This document shows, piece after piece, positions 1-13,402 of a stretch of 64,000 nucleotides of DNA. Origin of the DNA: Octopus vulgaris (taxonomy: Eukaryota); the NCBI GenBank assembly GCA_951406725.2, contig OX597831.1:14322001-14386000 (forward strand), in the 5' to 3' direction. Every line of letters starts with the position of its first letter. Positions within the stretch are counted from its first letter, which is position 1. The position numbers were made by a program, and so were the translations under genes. The notes beneath the pieces are model-generated. The model was not told the origin of the DNA. It searched no databases and saw only the letters and a list, made by a program, of their open reading frames with translations.

Positions 1-99
1 ATTAAGTACCAGTGAAACGCTGGGGGTCGATGTAATTGGCTCCTTCCCTTCCCCAAAACTGCTGCCCCTGTGGAAAAATTTCAAACCATTATCATTTTA

Positions 100-380
100 T
101 GCTGATGCCACATAAAAAGCATCCAGTCCATACTGTAAAGTGGTTGGCATTTGGAAGGGCATCCAGCTGTAAAAATCTTGCCAAAACTGACCTCACCTGT
201 GCTTGTGCCACATAAAAAGCACTCAGGGCATTCTGCTGGGTGGTTGGCATTAAGAAGGGCATACAACCGTAAAAAAAAAACCTGCCAAAACAGACACAAA
301 AGTTTGGTGCATGCTCAAACCATCCAATCCATGCCTGTGTGGAAGGCAGATGTTAAATGATGATGGTGGTGGTGGTGGTG
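100..380 (+). mobile_element. SINE with RTE-type (GAT)n tail, partial, internal duplication
   Basis: GGTTGGCATT..GAAGGGCATCCAGCTGTA body and CCATGC..TGGAAGGCAGATGTTAAATGATGATG tail, shared with about 10 copies in the window. Confidence 0.8.
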
Positions 381-1234
381 GTGAAAATAAGTTGACCACT
401 GAAGTTGATAGAATCAACTTGCCCCTCACTCCCAAAAATGCTGGAGTTGTGCAAAAATTTGAAATCGGTAATGCTAATCCTTCCTCCTGTATGTACAAGG
501 TCTGAAGTTTTTGTGGAGCCATTTTCAAAGAAGCCGGGGTGTGGGAAACATTTTCATGGAAGGGAGAGTAGAGGGTAGTCGATCAATAGGGAGGCAAAAG
601 AACGCAGTGGATGGGGCCATATCATGGAGCTGGTTGGACAAGAGCGGCAGGGCAGATGGAGGACTTGCACTTAATTGGGAACACTTTCACTGTAGTATTG
701 TCAACATACTGCAAACATATGATACGCGATGATGATGATGATGATGATGTCAAAGATAATCATCAACATCATTAGCATCACCATTGTTATTACCATTAAA
801 TCAAAATACTTAACATTTCTGCTGAAATGTTAGGTCAGCTATGGAACACCAACGAAGAAATAAATGGTTTATGGTGGGTGGAGTAAGTTAAGACACACCA
901 GGAACAAATAAATTAGAGACAAGTGATTGGTTGGTTTATAGAACATTATCTGTGAGCATCAGAGCAATATACTAAGAATGTGTAGAAAAGTTATGGAAGA
1001 TCATCGGGGCAATGAATCTGTTATGGATCACTCACACAACAAAACAGAGAACAATGAAACCAGTCATTTAAATACTTTATAGAAGGAGAAATTCATTGAA
1101 GCGTTAAATTGCAGAACATGCATGAATGAGTTCAAACAATATGATATATGTTTGACTGATATAAATTGCAGTAATGGGTATAATATAAAATATATGTAGA
1201 TATAGATATACATAAATATACATGGGTGAGTGTA

Positions 1235-1280
<46 letters not shown>

Positions 1281-1959
1281 CACATATAAAAACATGTATA
1301 TAAATGCACACATATATTCAGTGTGTGTATGTAGTATACATACATGTATGTATAATATATGTGTACAATATATATATATATATATGTGAGCATGTGTATT
1401 TGTGTATAATATATACATCAATGTTCACTAGAGGAATTATTCTGGCAAGGTAGGGACCTTATATTTGATTTACCAGGGATGCAGAAGCGTCTTGTATAAA
1501 ACATTGTTACTACCACCAGCACCACCACCAGCACAATCACCACCACAACTACCAGCACAACCACCGCCAGCACAACCACCGCCACAGCCACCACAACCAT
1601 CACCATCATCATCATCCTCCTCATCTTGTTCTGTTTCCCCTCTTATTTCTCCTCTTCAGTGTTGTCATCATTTCCACTTCTTCCGCCACCATTAATACCA
1701 CCTCCACAATAACCACCGTACTAACATCATCATCATCATCGCTAATATCATCATTACTATTGCATCGCCTAATTTGACTCACCTTGCCAGCATGGAAAAT
1801 GGACATTAAGTGATGACAATGATGCACAAAAGTACCTATACATACTAACATGCATATATATGCGTATGTGTGCTTATATATCCACACACACACACACACA
1901 TCACTGTATCGACCACACTATGAGACGTTGTTATACATCGCTGGTCACAATGCGCTTCC

Positions 1960-2432
1960 AACTCTCTCTTGATTGCTCCATTCTTTTCTGTCTTGGCTCA
2001 AGTCACTGAATTAAATTCTCTTCCTATCACCATGGAGGCCTTCTGAGTGACCTTTCCTGATGTCTTGGACACTAAGCAGCAACTGCACAGGTCTACCCTG
2101 TTGGCTCCAAAACTTGCAGCCTGTCCGGCCCCTCCGGAACTTGCGTTTTTCTACGACCACGTCATTCACTCCTCTCCATTCTTGAATTATTTCATTTCAG
2201 ATGTGCTCTTACAATAATGTTCCTTGCATGGATCTTTCTTCGGCCCTTTGCATCATAGCCAATCATTGTTCTTCTTTCTTCATAACGGCCCACATCTTGT
2301 GTATAAGAATGCAAGTCTTGTGGTGCCATTGAAGAATCTGGTATGTATGCTCTTGTCCAGCTTTGCTTTCTGCACTCCCTTTATTTCGGTAACAGCCTTC
2401 CATCCTGCCTTTATTCGCTTTGAAATTTCAGC
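1960..2432 (-). mobile_element. Degenerate RTE-clade LINE, 3' part of ORF
   Basis: Minus-strand translation EISKRIKAGWKAVTEIKGV..., then (frameshifted) WAVMKKEEQ*LAMMQRAEERSM, typical of the post-RT region of RTE elements; stops and frameshifts present. Confidence 0.7.
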
Positions 2433-2477
2433 ATACACACACACACACGCACGCACACACACACACACACACACACA

Positions 2478-2510
<33 letters not shown>

Positions 2511-2534
2511 GCATATATATGTTTCTTTTCCTTT

Positions 2535-2705
2535 ATTCTTTTACTTGTTTCAGTCACTTGACTGCAGCCATACTGGAGCACCGCCTTTAGTCGAACAAGT
2601 CAACCCCAGGACTTATTCTTTGTAAGCCTAGTACTTATTCTATCGGTCTCTTTTGCCGAACTGTTAAGTTACGGGGATGTAAACACACCAACATCATTTG
2701 TCAAA
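2535..2705 (-). mobile_element. SINE 3' module (OR-like family)
   Basis: GCAGCCATACTGGAGCACCGCCTTTAGTCGA...GTACTTATTCTATCGGTCTCTTTTGCCGAA module, also at about 10945-11112, 48795-48985 and 53345-53545. Confidence 0.7.
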
Positions 2706-2720
2706 CAAATAACAAATACA

Positions 2721-2777
<57 letters not shown>

Positions 2778-3331
2778 AAAAACAAGAAGAAAGTGGAGAA
2801 TAAATGGATATAATTACTGATATAATTACTGAATAAGATATAATTACTGCTTTATTTGCATGTTGTAGAAAGATGATGTTTAATTCAAAAAGCATTACAA
2901 ATAAATTGAAAGTTGAAAGCTCAAAAAAGTTAAGAACCTACATATATGTTTCTGTCCGACCAATAAGTAGATGGGAATTTCCAAAATATGCTGTTGAATG
3001 CCCAAAAAATTGCCACATTCATACTATTTTGTGGTTCAAAGAGTGCTAACTCCACTTGGGTGACCATTATATCTTTTGAGGGAAATGGAAATACTTTGGA
3101 TTATAAAACTCCTAATGAGGACTTAACTTCTTTGAATTAACTATATATATATATAATATATATAATATATTAATTAGTGAAAAAAACCACTATTATGCAA
3201 TTTTTTCTCTAATTTATATATTATATATTTATATTGTGAAATTTGATTTAATGCTAAATTGAATTTTTCCCTGTAAGTTTGGAGTTATATTCCCTAATAT
3301 TATTATTATCATCATTATTATTATTATTATT

Positions 3332-3864
3332 GAGTGAGCGAGCAGAGCATGCCATCAAAGTGACACTGGGGTAAAATATACGAAGCCCAGTATACCCATC
3401 ATGACTACCCGTCTGATAAGGGTACACCAGGCACATGCATCACAACCATATGTGCGCGACATAGTGATCTCATATCAAGATAAACAGCACATGACCTTGC
3501 AGGTGGAGCCCAGTTAGAATTTTCTTCAGATCGAGTAACCCATCCCGCTCAAAAGGTCCCTGAATAAGGGTTGTTTAAGGACATTGAATGAAACACCCAT
3601 GTTTCCAGAGGTGAATTATTCAAACCCCAAAGAATCCTTCTCAACACATGGCTATGATGCTCCCCCACTACTTCTGCTCGTGATCAGAGATGCACATATC
3701 GTCAGCCACTAAGGGACATGCTCAACTGGTTAAGGTCAAACAACTGACAAGCAAATCTGTGGTATTGAGCAGAATATTTGCTGTAGCCCATCTTTTATAC
3801 CAAGACAAAACAATATACATGATAACACTTCCAATCAGTTAAGATCAGAAGCCATGAGAGCCAC
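3332..3864 (-). mobile_element. Non-coding ~530-bp retroposon with (AAT)n tail, inserted in an (ATT)n tract
   Basis: Highly similar to 8051-8579 (opposite orientation) and 9816-10259; ATT repeats on both flanks. Confidence 0.8.
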
Positions 3865-4581
3865 TTTATTTATTATTATTATTATTATTATCATATATAT
3901 ATATATATATATATATTTAGGGAAGCAAGCTTTTTACAAACATGTATATATACACACACACACTAGGGGCTTCAATACCGTTTCCATCATTCCAGATAAT
4001 TTGCTTACAGGTAACTGGTCAGCTTCAGAGTATAGCAAAATCCCTTGGTGAAAGGTGCTGCACATCAGGACTGAACCCCCAAAACTATGTAATCGCAAGG
4101 CAAACTTCTTTATCACACAGCCATATCTGCACCTCTATTTATTTATTTATTTATCTTTTTGATAAACCCTACGTCTTCAAGATAGCATGTTAGCACTCAT
4201 TAAGCTAAATGACATTGTAAATTAGATTCTTGATGGTAGTGTAACTTCATGGGCGTGGGGGGAGGCAGGGTGTTGAGGTAGAATAAAGGAGACTAGAATC
4301 TTCTGTTTGTGATGAAAACATGTAAAATTCCTGAAAACAAGACATGTTTGTCTGCAACAAAATAATACAAATAGATTAAATAGGTTTCTTTTGCTGTATT
4401 TTCAATTTACTGATGAGATTGTTGATTCAGATCAGTGAAAGGAAGTTAAATGAGTTTCCTCACAGGACCATCACCTCTGACATTTCACGCTTAATTCCAA
4501 GTTTTTTTGTTTTTTTGTTTATAATGAGAATCAACATTGACATTTCTCTTATCTCTATTTTAAAATGCAGTTTGTTTTTCG

Positions 4582-4589
<8 letters not shown>

Positions 4590-4656
<67 letters not shown>
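4590..4656. repeat. (CT)n microsatellite
   Basis: Directly visible. Confidence 0.95.
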
Positions 4657-4661
<5 letters not shown>

Positions 4662-4916
4662 TCTCTTGTTTGTATATCATCTCCATCATCATCTTCGTTA
4701 GCATCGTAATAAAGCATCTGTCATCTTCATCATCGTCATCATGTTCATCATCATCTTTATTGGCATCATCACCATCATCATCATTATCATCATCATCATC
4801 AACTTCCATTTCTGGTATGAGTTGAATGAATTAGGATAGCCATACTCTGAATCAATTTTGTTACTGCTCACTAGAACATTCCATATTTATATATATATAT
4901 ATATATATATATACAT

Positions 4917-4955
<39 letters not shown>

Positions 4956-5039
4956 TAAAAAAATAAGGATATCCAGAGAGATATTTCAAATTACTATGCT
5001 TCTATAAACCCAATACTACTCAATAAGGCTCTGATATTT

Positions 5040-5500
5040 GCAAAGGAAAACTCAGAAATTGTACTGCAAAACCATACAGGTCTGGAACCAATAGATGTGG
5101 CCTATGTTTAGAAGAATTTCACAGGATTTTCACATCCGAGGGTAATGTAATAAATGCTAGACAGGAGCAAGCATTGGGATCCTTCCACATGAGGAAATTC
5201 ACATTTGCCAAGTATAAAGTAAAAACTATCGTGTAAACTATACAAGGTTTTGAGATGATGGATTAAAAATGATTATCCAATAAGAACTTGAAATAGAGAT
5301 TGTTCACATCTGATTTAACAGACAGCTCTACATTATACAACGCAGAGTTTATGAAAGATAATCTTTAAACAGCCATACCGACAGATATCAAGTTAAGACC
5401 CTGAAGAGACTGCACCGTTTTTATAGTAAGGTTGTAATAGCAACGATGACTAATCAGTGTGGTAGAAACATGGGTTGGTCTTAAAAGGCAGAATATAATT
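5040..5500 (+). mobile_element. Penelope-like element 3' remnant (ORF C-terminus plus pLTR)
   Basis: AKPYRSGTNRCGLCLEEFHRIF..INARQE..HMRKF resembles the CxLCLxEK..N.R.E..C.H..KF tail of PLE GIY-YIG ORFs; hammerhead motif follows. Confidence 0.7.
5393..5484 (+). ncRNA. Degenerate type I hammerhead ribozyme
   Basis: Stem I TTAAGACC (5393-5400) / GGTCTTAA (5477-5484); CTGAAGA 5401-5407; stem II GACTGCAC/GTGTGGTA with closing pair mismatched; GAAAC-ATGG-GTT. Confidence 0.65.
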
Positions 5501-5591
5501 ATAGAATTAAAGGTAATGATATTGCTACTTTGGAGTAATCATTATTTTTAATATTCCCAATATAAAGATATATATATATATATATATATAT

Positions 5592-5929
5592 CAATAAGCA
5601 ACAGGAGGTAATGCAGTACGATCGTTTCAAGCAACTCCATTTAATTGAACAATGCAACCATCTTGGAGGTTTTTGGTAAAATTATACTAATGGGTCCATC
5701 TGTTTTAATTCAATTTGATTCTATGTATTTATGCAGCTGAGGACAGCCCTCCATTAAAATTGATGTAATGGTTGCATTGTTCAATTAAATGGAATTGCTT
5801 GAAACGAACATACTGCATTACCTCTGGATATCCTGTTGCTTATTTTGATTTCAATCACCTTATTTTGAAACTGTATGGATAATTCCGCACTAAATTCTGG
5901 TGCCTCAACTTAAGTACCTAATTCATCTG

Positions 5930-5930
<1 letters not shown>
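5592..5930 (+). mobile_element. PLE-type pLTR with 5' inverted arm and hammerhead motif
   Basis: 5593-5661 is an inverted copy of about 5768-5844; ATGCAG-CTGAGGA (5737-5743)...GAAACGAACATA-CTGCAT; the inverted arm preserves GAAAC-GATC-GTA-CTGCAT. Confidence 0.65.
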
Positions 5931-6016
<86 letters not shown>

Positions 6017-6362
6017 CTTGTATCATATGTGTGTGTGTGTGTGTGTGTCTGTATCTCTCTGTGTATCTGACTATATGTCTATTTATCTATCTATCAAAAA
6101 GTGAACCTATTATTTGTTGTGAAGTGGTTGGCATTAGGAAACGCATCCAACCATCAATCATCTCAAAGAAAACACTGGAGCATGTGGCAATCCTTGGATC
6201 CATTTCATTCTATCATGTCAGCATGGAACATGGACATTGAACAATGATGAAATGATGATGATGTTATATGCATTTATGTGTATATATATTTATATACACA
6301 CACACAGACACAGATATCCATTCATATAGAATACCACTGCATATTATTTTATTTTATTTTGC

Positions 6363-6413
<51 letters not shown>

Positions 6414-6496
6414 ATGCATATGCTTTAATCATTTCCCTTTATGTATATTTATTATTGGTCATTTTTTTTCCCTTAATTCTTTTACAGCAAATATAT

Positions 6497-6539
<43 letters not shown>

Positions 6540-6668
6540 TGTATTTGATATTTGTATGTTTTTAATGTGTTTAATATCACTTCCTCACTTTCTCCATCAA
6601 TTTTTTACAGCAAACTAAAATGTATCTTGGTTATACATAAATTCATGAATATATATATATATATACAT

Positions 6669-6727
<59 letters not shown>

Positions 6728-6836
6728 CATATATATGTATATACACACACACACACGCACACACATATACAAATGCATACATGATTATTGCTGTTCATTC
6801 TCAGTTTTACAATGGAATTTCTCCTATCTATAACAG

Positions 6837-6901
6837 GGATGCTGCGGAAAAATTCCCTCTCTGCCAACAGTAAGGTCAACATACCCGATGCCGTTAGGTG
6901 A
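6837..6901 (+). CDS. Candidate alternative terminal exon, (G)MLRKNSLSANSKVNIPDAVR*
   Basis: Pyrimidine tract plus CAG acceptor (6834-6836); unique GC-richer island; phase-1 frame contains an RKNS PKA-type site. Confidence 0.45.
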
Positions 6902-7732
6902 CCCAAGACTCCTGTTTTTGTTTTGTTGTTTGTTTTTGTTTGTTTTTCTCTTAGTATTTCATTTCGTATGATAGCCACCATGTTTCTGAACACTTTGTTT
7001 TTTAAAAAAATCATTTTTGCATGTTCTACTGCAAGGTTTTTCAAACATTCCTTTGTCCCCATCCTCTTTACAGAACAGGCAGAACCTGAACATGAAATCT
7101 GAATTGTAAAATAAATTTTAAAGCACCCCAGATCTTATTTATTGTCCATGAAATTTGAAAGTGAAAGTGAAAGTATATTTAAACTGCTTCCCAGCTTGTT
7201 TTGCATCACAGTCCAGTTTTGTGCATGGCCTTTTTCCCACAGACTGAGGGATCTTGTGCAGAACAGAACACAATAGCATACACCATATAGAATTTAATTA
7301 TTACGTATCAAATACATATATATATATAATATGTATATAAATACATATAATCCAAAAATACCTTGCAGTTAGTGTTACTCAGTAAAACAGAAATGAAATT
7401 TGAAAATTTACTCTTTATGTGTGGTCAAGTACTGGCCTGCAACTTGGTGGTTGGGGGACTCGTGCCTTTCAGTATTATAGATAAACCCCTAGTGGGCCCT
7501 AGTGTTATGAAGTTTCACTTCATTTTCAGTCAAAGCCCCTGATGAATGTCACTTCTGAAAGCAGCATGCAGTCATCTAAATCATTTTTGCTTCTTTTTCT
7601 TATTTTGATATTCTCCTTCAGTAATATCTTGTCTTTGTTTGGATACTCCTGACAATGAAAAGGCACAACAAATGCACATACACATGAATGCACATATATA
7701 CAATCATGCACACACACACATATACGTATATA

Positions 7733-8045
7733 CACCGGTGGCAGGTAAAAAGCACCATCCGACCATAGCCGTTGCCAGCTTTGTCTGGTCCCCGTGTCGG
7801 TGGCACGTAAGAAGCACCATCCGATCGTGGCCGTTTGCCAGCCTCGTCTGGCACCTGTGCCGGTGGCATGTAAAAAGCACCCACTACACTCACGGAGTGG
7901 TTGGTGTTAGGAAGGGCATCCAGCTGTAGAAACACTGCCAGATCAGACTTGGCCTGGTGCAGCCTTCTGGCTACCCAGAACCCCACTTGAACTGTCCAAC
8001 ACATGCTAGCATGGAAAGCGGACGTTAAACGATGATGATGATGAC
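7733..8045 (+). mobile_element. SINE with RTE-type (GAT)n tail and ~60-bp internal repeats
   Basis: Three GGTGGCA.GTAA.AAGCACC units, then body and CGGACGTTAAACGATGATGATG tail. Confidence 0.85.
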
Positions 8046-8050
8046 ACCAC

Positions 8051-8579
8051 ATGGCTTTCATGGCTTCTGATCTTAACTGATTGGAAGTGTTATCCTGTAT
8101 ATTGTTTTGTCTTGGTATAAAAGATGGGCTACAGCAAATATTCTGCTCAATACCACAGATTTGCTTGTCAGTTGTTTGACCTTAACCAGTTGAGCATGTC
8201 CCGTAGTGGCTGGTAATATGTGCATCTTTGATCATGAGCAGAAGTAGTGAGGGAGCATCATAGCCATGTGTTGAGAGGGATTCTTTGGGGTTTGGATAAT
8301 TCACCTCTGGAAACATGGGTGTTTCATTCAATGTCCTTAAACAACCCTTATTCAGGGACCTTTTGAGCGGGATGGGTTACTCGATCTGAAGAAAATCCTA
8401 ACTAGGCCCAGTTACAAAGTCATGTGTTGTTAGACTTTATATGAAATCACCATGTCATGCACATATGGTTGTGATGCATGAGTTTGGCATACTCTTATCA
8501 GACTGGTCGATATGAAGGGTATACTGAGCTTTGTATATTTTACCCCAGTGTCTCTTTGATGGCATGCACTGCTCTCTCA
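8051..8579 (+). mobile_element. Copy of the ~530-bp (AAT)n-tailed retroposon family
   Basis: Reverse complement of 3332-3864, more diverged. Confidence 0.8.
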
Positions 8580-8753
8580 TACATGCAACACACACACAGA
8601 TGCCTCTCAGGTGGGCATTTCGTAGTCTTGTACTCTCAGCTATATGAATGTCATGAAAACTTGGAGCATGAGTGCCACCTTATTTGGGCCAACTCCCTTG
8701 GGATAGACTTCTTATATATGTGTGTGTGTATATATATATACATATAGATGTAT

Positions 8754-8915
8754 CTACACTCTCGGAGTGGTTGGCGTTAGGAAGGGCATCCAGCTGTAGA
8801 AACTCTGCCAGATCAAGATTGGAGCCTGGTGCAGCCATCTGGTTCGCCAGCCCTCAGTCAAAATCGTCCAACCCATGTAGCATGGAAAGCGGACGTTAAA
8901 CGATGATGATGATGA
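8754..8915 (+). mobile_element. 5'-truncated (GAT)n-tailed SINE
   Basis: Same body and tail as 7733-8045. Confidence 0.85.
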
Positions 8916-9133
8916 CACACACATATACGTTTACTACATACATGTATGTATATATGCATGTGTGTCTGTGTGTATCTTGTGTACCAAGACTGAATTTCAC
9001 CCCCCCACACACACACACACGCAAAAGAATAAACAAGCAAGAAATTAAAATCTAAGCAAAACTAAGAAACGTAGTTAATCCCTTCGTCAAAACCATGTGA
9101 CTATGTTTCTATCTCTGTTCCTTGTATCCCTAG

Positions 9134-9231
9134 AGTTACCTACCCCTGGGTATCCTACCCACGAGTTACCTACCCCTGGTGAATTCCCGTTTGAAAAGCC
9201 TTGCTCTAGTGATTGCCGTAGAAACGAATGA
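9134..9231 (+). CDS. Candidate alternative terminal exon, (E)LPTPGYPTHELPTPGEFPFEKPCSSDCRRNE*
   Basis: Strong pyrimidine tract plus TAG (9131-9133); in-frame internal repeat GAGTTACCTACCCCTGG x2, 30 nt apart; phase-1 entry. Confidence 0.5.
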
Positions 9232-9593
9232 AGGAATCGTCACGGATTTTAGATTATTTGTTTGTTTTTGTTGTTGTTTTGTTATTGTTCACTCCTGCCT
9301 GATGTTCATTTTGGTTCTTTTTTTTTTTGATTATTAATCTTTAGAATTTCTGCATGCCTTAGTTTCAATTTCGGAACGGAATTACTTTTGTTTTCTTACA
9401 GATTCTTCAAATATATTTTATTAATTGTATACATTTATGTGTTCCTGTCTATGTGTATATGTGTCTATATCGTATATGTGTGTGTATGTTTACATATTAC
9501 AATATATTATGTAATATGTATTGCAAATAATATATTAATATATAATGTGTGTCTGTATGCATGTATATTTGTTATTTGTTTATCATATTATTA

Positions 9594-9635
<42 letters not shown>

Positions 9636-9644
9636 TTATTATTA

Positions 9645-9675
<31 letters not shown>

Positions 9676-9815
9676 CATCATCATCATCATTATTATTATT
9701 ATTATTATTATAATTATTGTGTTTATAATTGTTAGTGTTTTGTGTTTTTTGTAGTTCTTGCTAGTCAGTTGGTTGGATGGTTGGTATAGTGATTGTCATT
9801 ATTATTATTATTATT

Positions 9816-10259
9816 GAGTGAGAGAGCAGTTCATGCCATCAAAGTGACACTGGGGTAAAATATACGAAGCCCAATATACCCATCAAGACTACCCGTCTGA
9901 TAAGGGTACACCAGGCACATGCATCACAACCATATGTGCACGATATTGTGATCTCATATCAAGATAAATAGCACATGACCTTGCAGGTGGGGCCCAGTTA
10001 GAATTTTCTTCAGGTTGAGTAGCCCATCCCGCTCAAAAGGTCCCTGAATAAGGGTTGTTTAAGGATGTTGAAAGAACCACCCATGTTTCCAGAGGTGAAT
10101 TATTCAAACCCCAAAGAATCCCGCTCAACACATGGCTATGATGCTCCCCCACTACTTCTGCTCGTGATCAGAGATGCACATATCATCAGCCACCAAGGGA
10201 CATGCTCAACTGGTTAAGGTCAAACAACTGACAAGCAAATCTGTGGTATTGAGCAGAAT
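9816..10259 (-). mobile_element. 5'-truncated copy of the (AAT)n-tailed retroposon
   Basis: Matches 3332-3777; ATT repeats on both sides. Confidence 0.8.
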
Positions 10260-10311
10260 TATTATTATTATTATTATTATCATTATTATTATTGTTATTA
10301 CTATTATATTA

Positions 10312-10500
10312 GCAAGCTGGCCAAACTGTTAGCATGCCTGACAAAGTGTGCTGAGCAACATATACCTTCAGAGTTCAAATTCCATCAAATTTGATATTGC
10401 CTTTCATCTTTTTGTGTCAAATGAAATGAGTACCAGTTGAATACTGGGGTCGGTAACCCCATTACCCAAAATTCCTGGCCTTGTGCCTCAAGTAGAAAGA
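10312..10500 (+). mobile_element. tRNA-derived SINE with Nin-like central domain
   Basis: GAGTTCAAATTCC B-box and GCCTTTCATC...AGTACCAGTT...CTGGGGTCG core; many copies in the window. Confidence 0.7.
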
Positions 10501-13273
10501 ATTGTTATTATTATTATGATCATTATTATTATTAGTATTATCATTACGACAAGGCAGTGCCCCAGCATGGCTGCAATCTAATGACTGAAACAAGTAAAAG
10601 AATTATTATTGTGATTATTATTATTACTACTACTACTACTACTACTACAAAGCAGTGCCCCAGCATGGCCACAGTCTAATGACTGAAACGAGTAAAGGAA
10701 TTATTATCATCATGATTATTATTATTATTAAGTGGCATTTCGTCTGTCTTTATATTCTGCAGTTAAATTCCACCAAATTCCTTCTGGGGTCAATAAATTA
10801 AGTACCAGTGATATATTGGTGTCAATGTAATTGACTAGTCCCCTCCCCAAAATTTCAGGCCTTGCACCCTTAGTTGATAGGATTATTATTATCTTTATTA
10901 TCATAGTAACTGTAGTACTTGCTGAAGGTCTTGTTGACAATTGGTGGTGTCATGTCTGCATTCCCATAACTTAACAGTTTGACAAAAGAGACTGATAGAA
11001 TAAGTACTAGGCTTTGAAAAATGATCCAAGAGGGGATTTGTTTGACCAAAACCCTTCAAAGTGGTGCCCCAACATGGCCATAGTCAAATGACTGAAACAA
11101 CAAAATATAAAAGATATCACTGTTATTTGTGTGTGTGTGTTTGTATTTTGTTGTTATTTTTGTTTTTGTTGTGGTTTTTCTTGTTTCTGTGTAATTTCTG
11201 ATAGTCTCCAATGTCTGGTGTTTCCAAAGGGGAGAATCTTCTTGTTAGTGTTGTTGTTTTTGTGTTTATCACTGATGACATTTGCCTTTTATTGGGGGGG
11301 GGGTCCTTTTTCAACACCTGGTTCACCTTTTGTTTTCTAAGTTGTTTGTTGCATAGACAGTTAAAAATTTTCGGCAATTGTATATACCTGCATTATTTGC
11401 ATTGTATCATCGTTTTTATGCACCATACTGGGTTACCCTGGACACCAACCACGTCACTGCAGAACTCATTCCAATAAACATATAAAAATCACATCTCTTA
11501 CATACAACATACATTTAATCACACCACAATCCATCTGAATTGCATAGCCCTAAAGCCCTATTTACACCCACTTTTATATGTGGGGTACACTTTATTGTCT
11601 TGTGGTAGAGGTAAACCATCTGTTTAACAACAGAGTCCTTCTGACCTCTTCAAACTTGTTCTTACACAAAACATTTGTCACTTAGTGGAGGTTAAAGCAA
11701 TCTGTGTGCTTCTCTCTGTGAATGTCCAGTGTGAGTATGTGTGTGAAATGTGATAGCAACAAATATCTTAGATTTAGATTTGTTGCTTTTACTCTGTTAT
11801 TAAGAGGTAAGTAGATACTCTCCAGCAGAAAGTACCAAGTCGGATATATCATTTATGATGTTGATAGCATTGTATTACCGGATACTAACAAAAGAATTGT
11901 TTCTATTATCTGTTAAATTAAGATAATACAAATGATTAAGCATCACAATAGCTTCCTTACAGGATCTAATATGAAAGCTTCATTGTTTTTTCAGCACAAA
12001 TCTCAAATGTCATCAACATTGCCTTTCGTTTTTCCAAGAACAGTTGAAAAATACACACAAATATCACCAACTATATATTAACCTGTATACCATCCATTTC
12101 ATTAGTTACAAATTGTCTGTCATTTGATATTATTCTAAAAGCCCTGCTTATATTTGTTCTCCTGTCAGTGGATTTCATCAGCCAACTGAACAATGATTCT
12201 GTTTTAAAAGGTTTGTTTAGATTTGCTCGTAGAGGAGTGAAGTCTGTCAGATAGTAATGAGCAGATTATTACAAATTAAATTAGGATGATGCTAATGATT
12301 AAGATCCATAATTAATCTCTTATAGAATTCAGTGTAAGAACTTTATTGTTTCCTGTTTAAATTTCACCTCAGCAGTCATCAAAATAATCTTTTGTTCTTC
12401 AAGAATAGATTTTTTTTTAAATAGTAAACGCAAACATTATTGAGAAATCTGTTAATCTGTGCAGTAATTATTTTATCTGCTAGAAGTCATTGGAATAATA
12501 TTGTCCTAAGAGAGGCCAGCTTGTATATGCTGTTGACTGAATAAATTAAAGGAGTAACAAGAGATTTAATGCAAATTCAGGAATCCCACTATGTTGTGGG
12601 AATAATGTGTCTCTGGAAACTTACCATAATATGAAATCCCATGATGCAAAATTAACTTTTCCATTGATTTTCGAGTTATAAAATGTTAATGTATTCCAAA
12701 GGTTATTTGTGTGTGAGATAATTATATTTTTGCAAATTCTTAACTTAGGTGAAATGCTGAGGACCAGCCTTTTGGCTAAGAAGACAGTGTGGATTTTAAA
12801 TTACCAAAAGTTATCCAAGTTTCTGTAAAAGCTAAATATAGATTGTATCCCAAAATGAGTGGTCATGCTTGCACTAAAATCACAGGTTATACCAGTATAA
12901 CACAGGTTATACTATAATACAGGCTATGCCAGTATAATGTATCAGTTTTGGATGATAACAATAATTAAAAGCCATACTTTTTCTTTTTTATTTAAAGAAG
13001 GAATTACAAATTTGTAACCTGTTCAGTAATTACTTCATCTGATAGATGCTATCTAAATAATATTGTCCTATAAGGACTATTTAGTCCTTTAGTATTTAAA
13101 CAATTCATCTGCTGCTGAAATACTCTGCTTCTTTTATGTTCAAACCAGTCAGATCCTACCCCTCACACTGAATCTTGGAGCAGAGACAGGTTCAGCACTT
13201 CTTCAGTTCCAGTTTCAATATCATCTCTTCATCTGTGCTCCTGAGTAGACAAATTTCATTATATTTTTCATAT

Positions 13274-13338
<65 letters not shown>

Positions 13339-13347
13339 TATATATAT

Positions 13348-13402
<55 letters not shown>

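Noticed and set aside
4702-4814. Possible Ser-rich exon (TTAG acceptor, TCTG|GTATGA donor)
   Set aside because: Mostly degenerate (CAT)n microsatellite; cannot be distinguished from chance.
7895-7935. SINE body GGTTGG..AGGAAGGGCATCCAGCTGTA resembles RTE 5' UTR sequence near twister ribozymes
   Set aside because: No twister core or pseudoknot pairings found upstream in the copies I inspected.
11720-11870. Splice-like signals CAG-T-GTGAGT and AAG-AG-GTAAGT (micro-exons or another terminal exon)
   Set aside because: No convincing frame or acceptor; needs RNA data.
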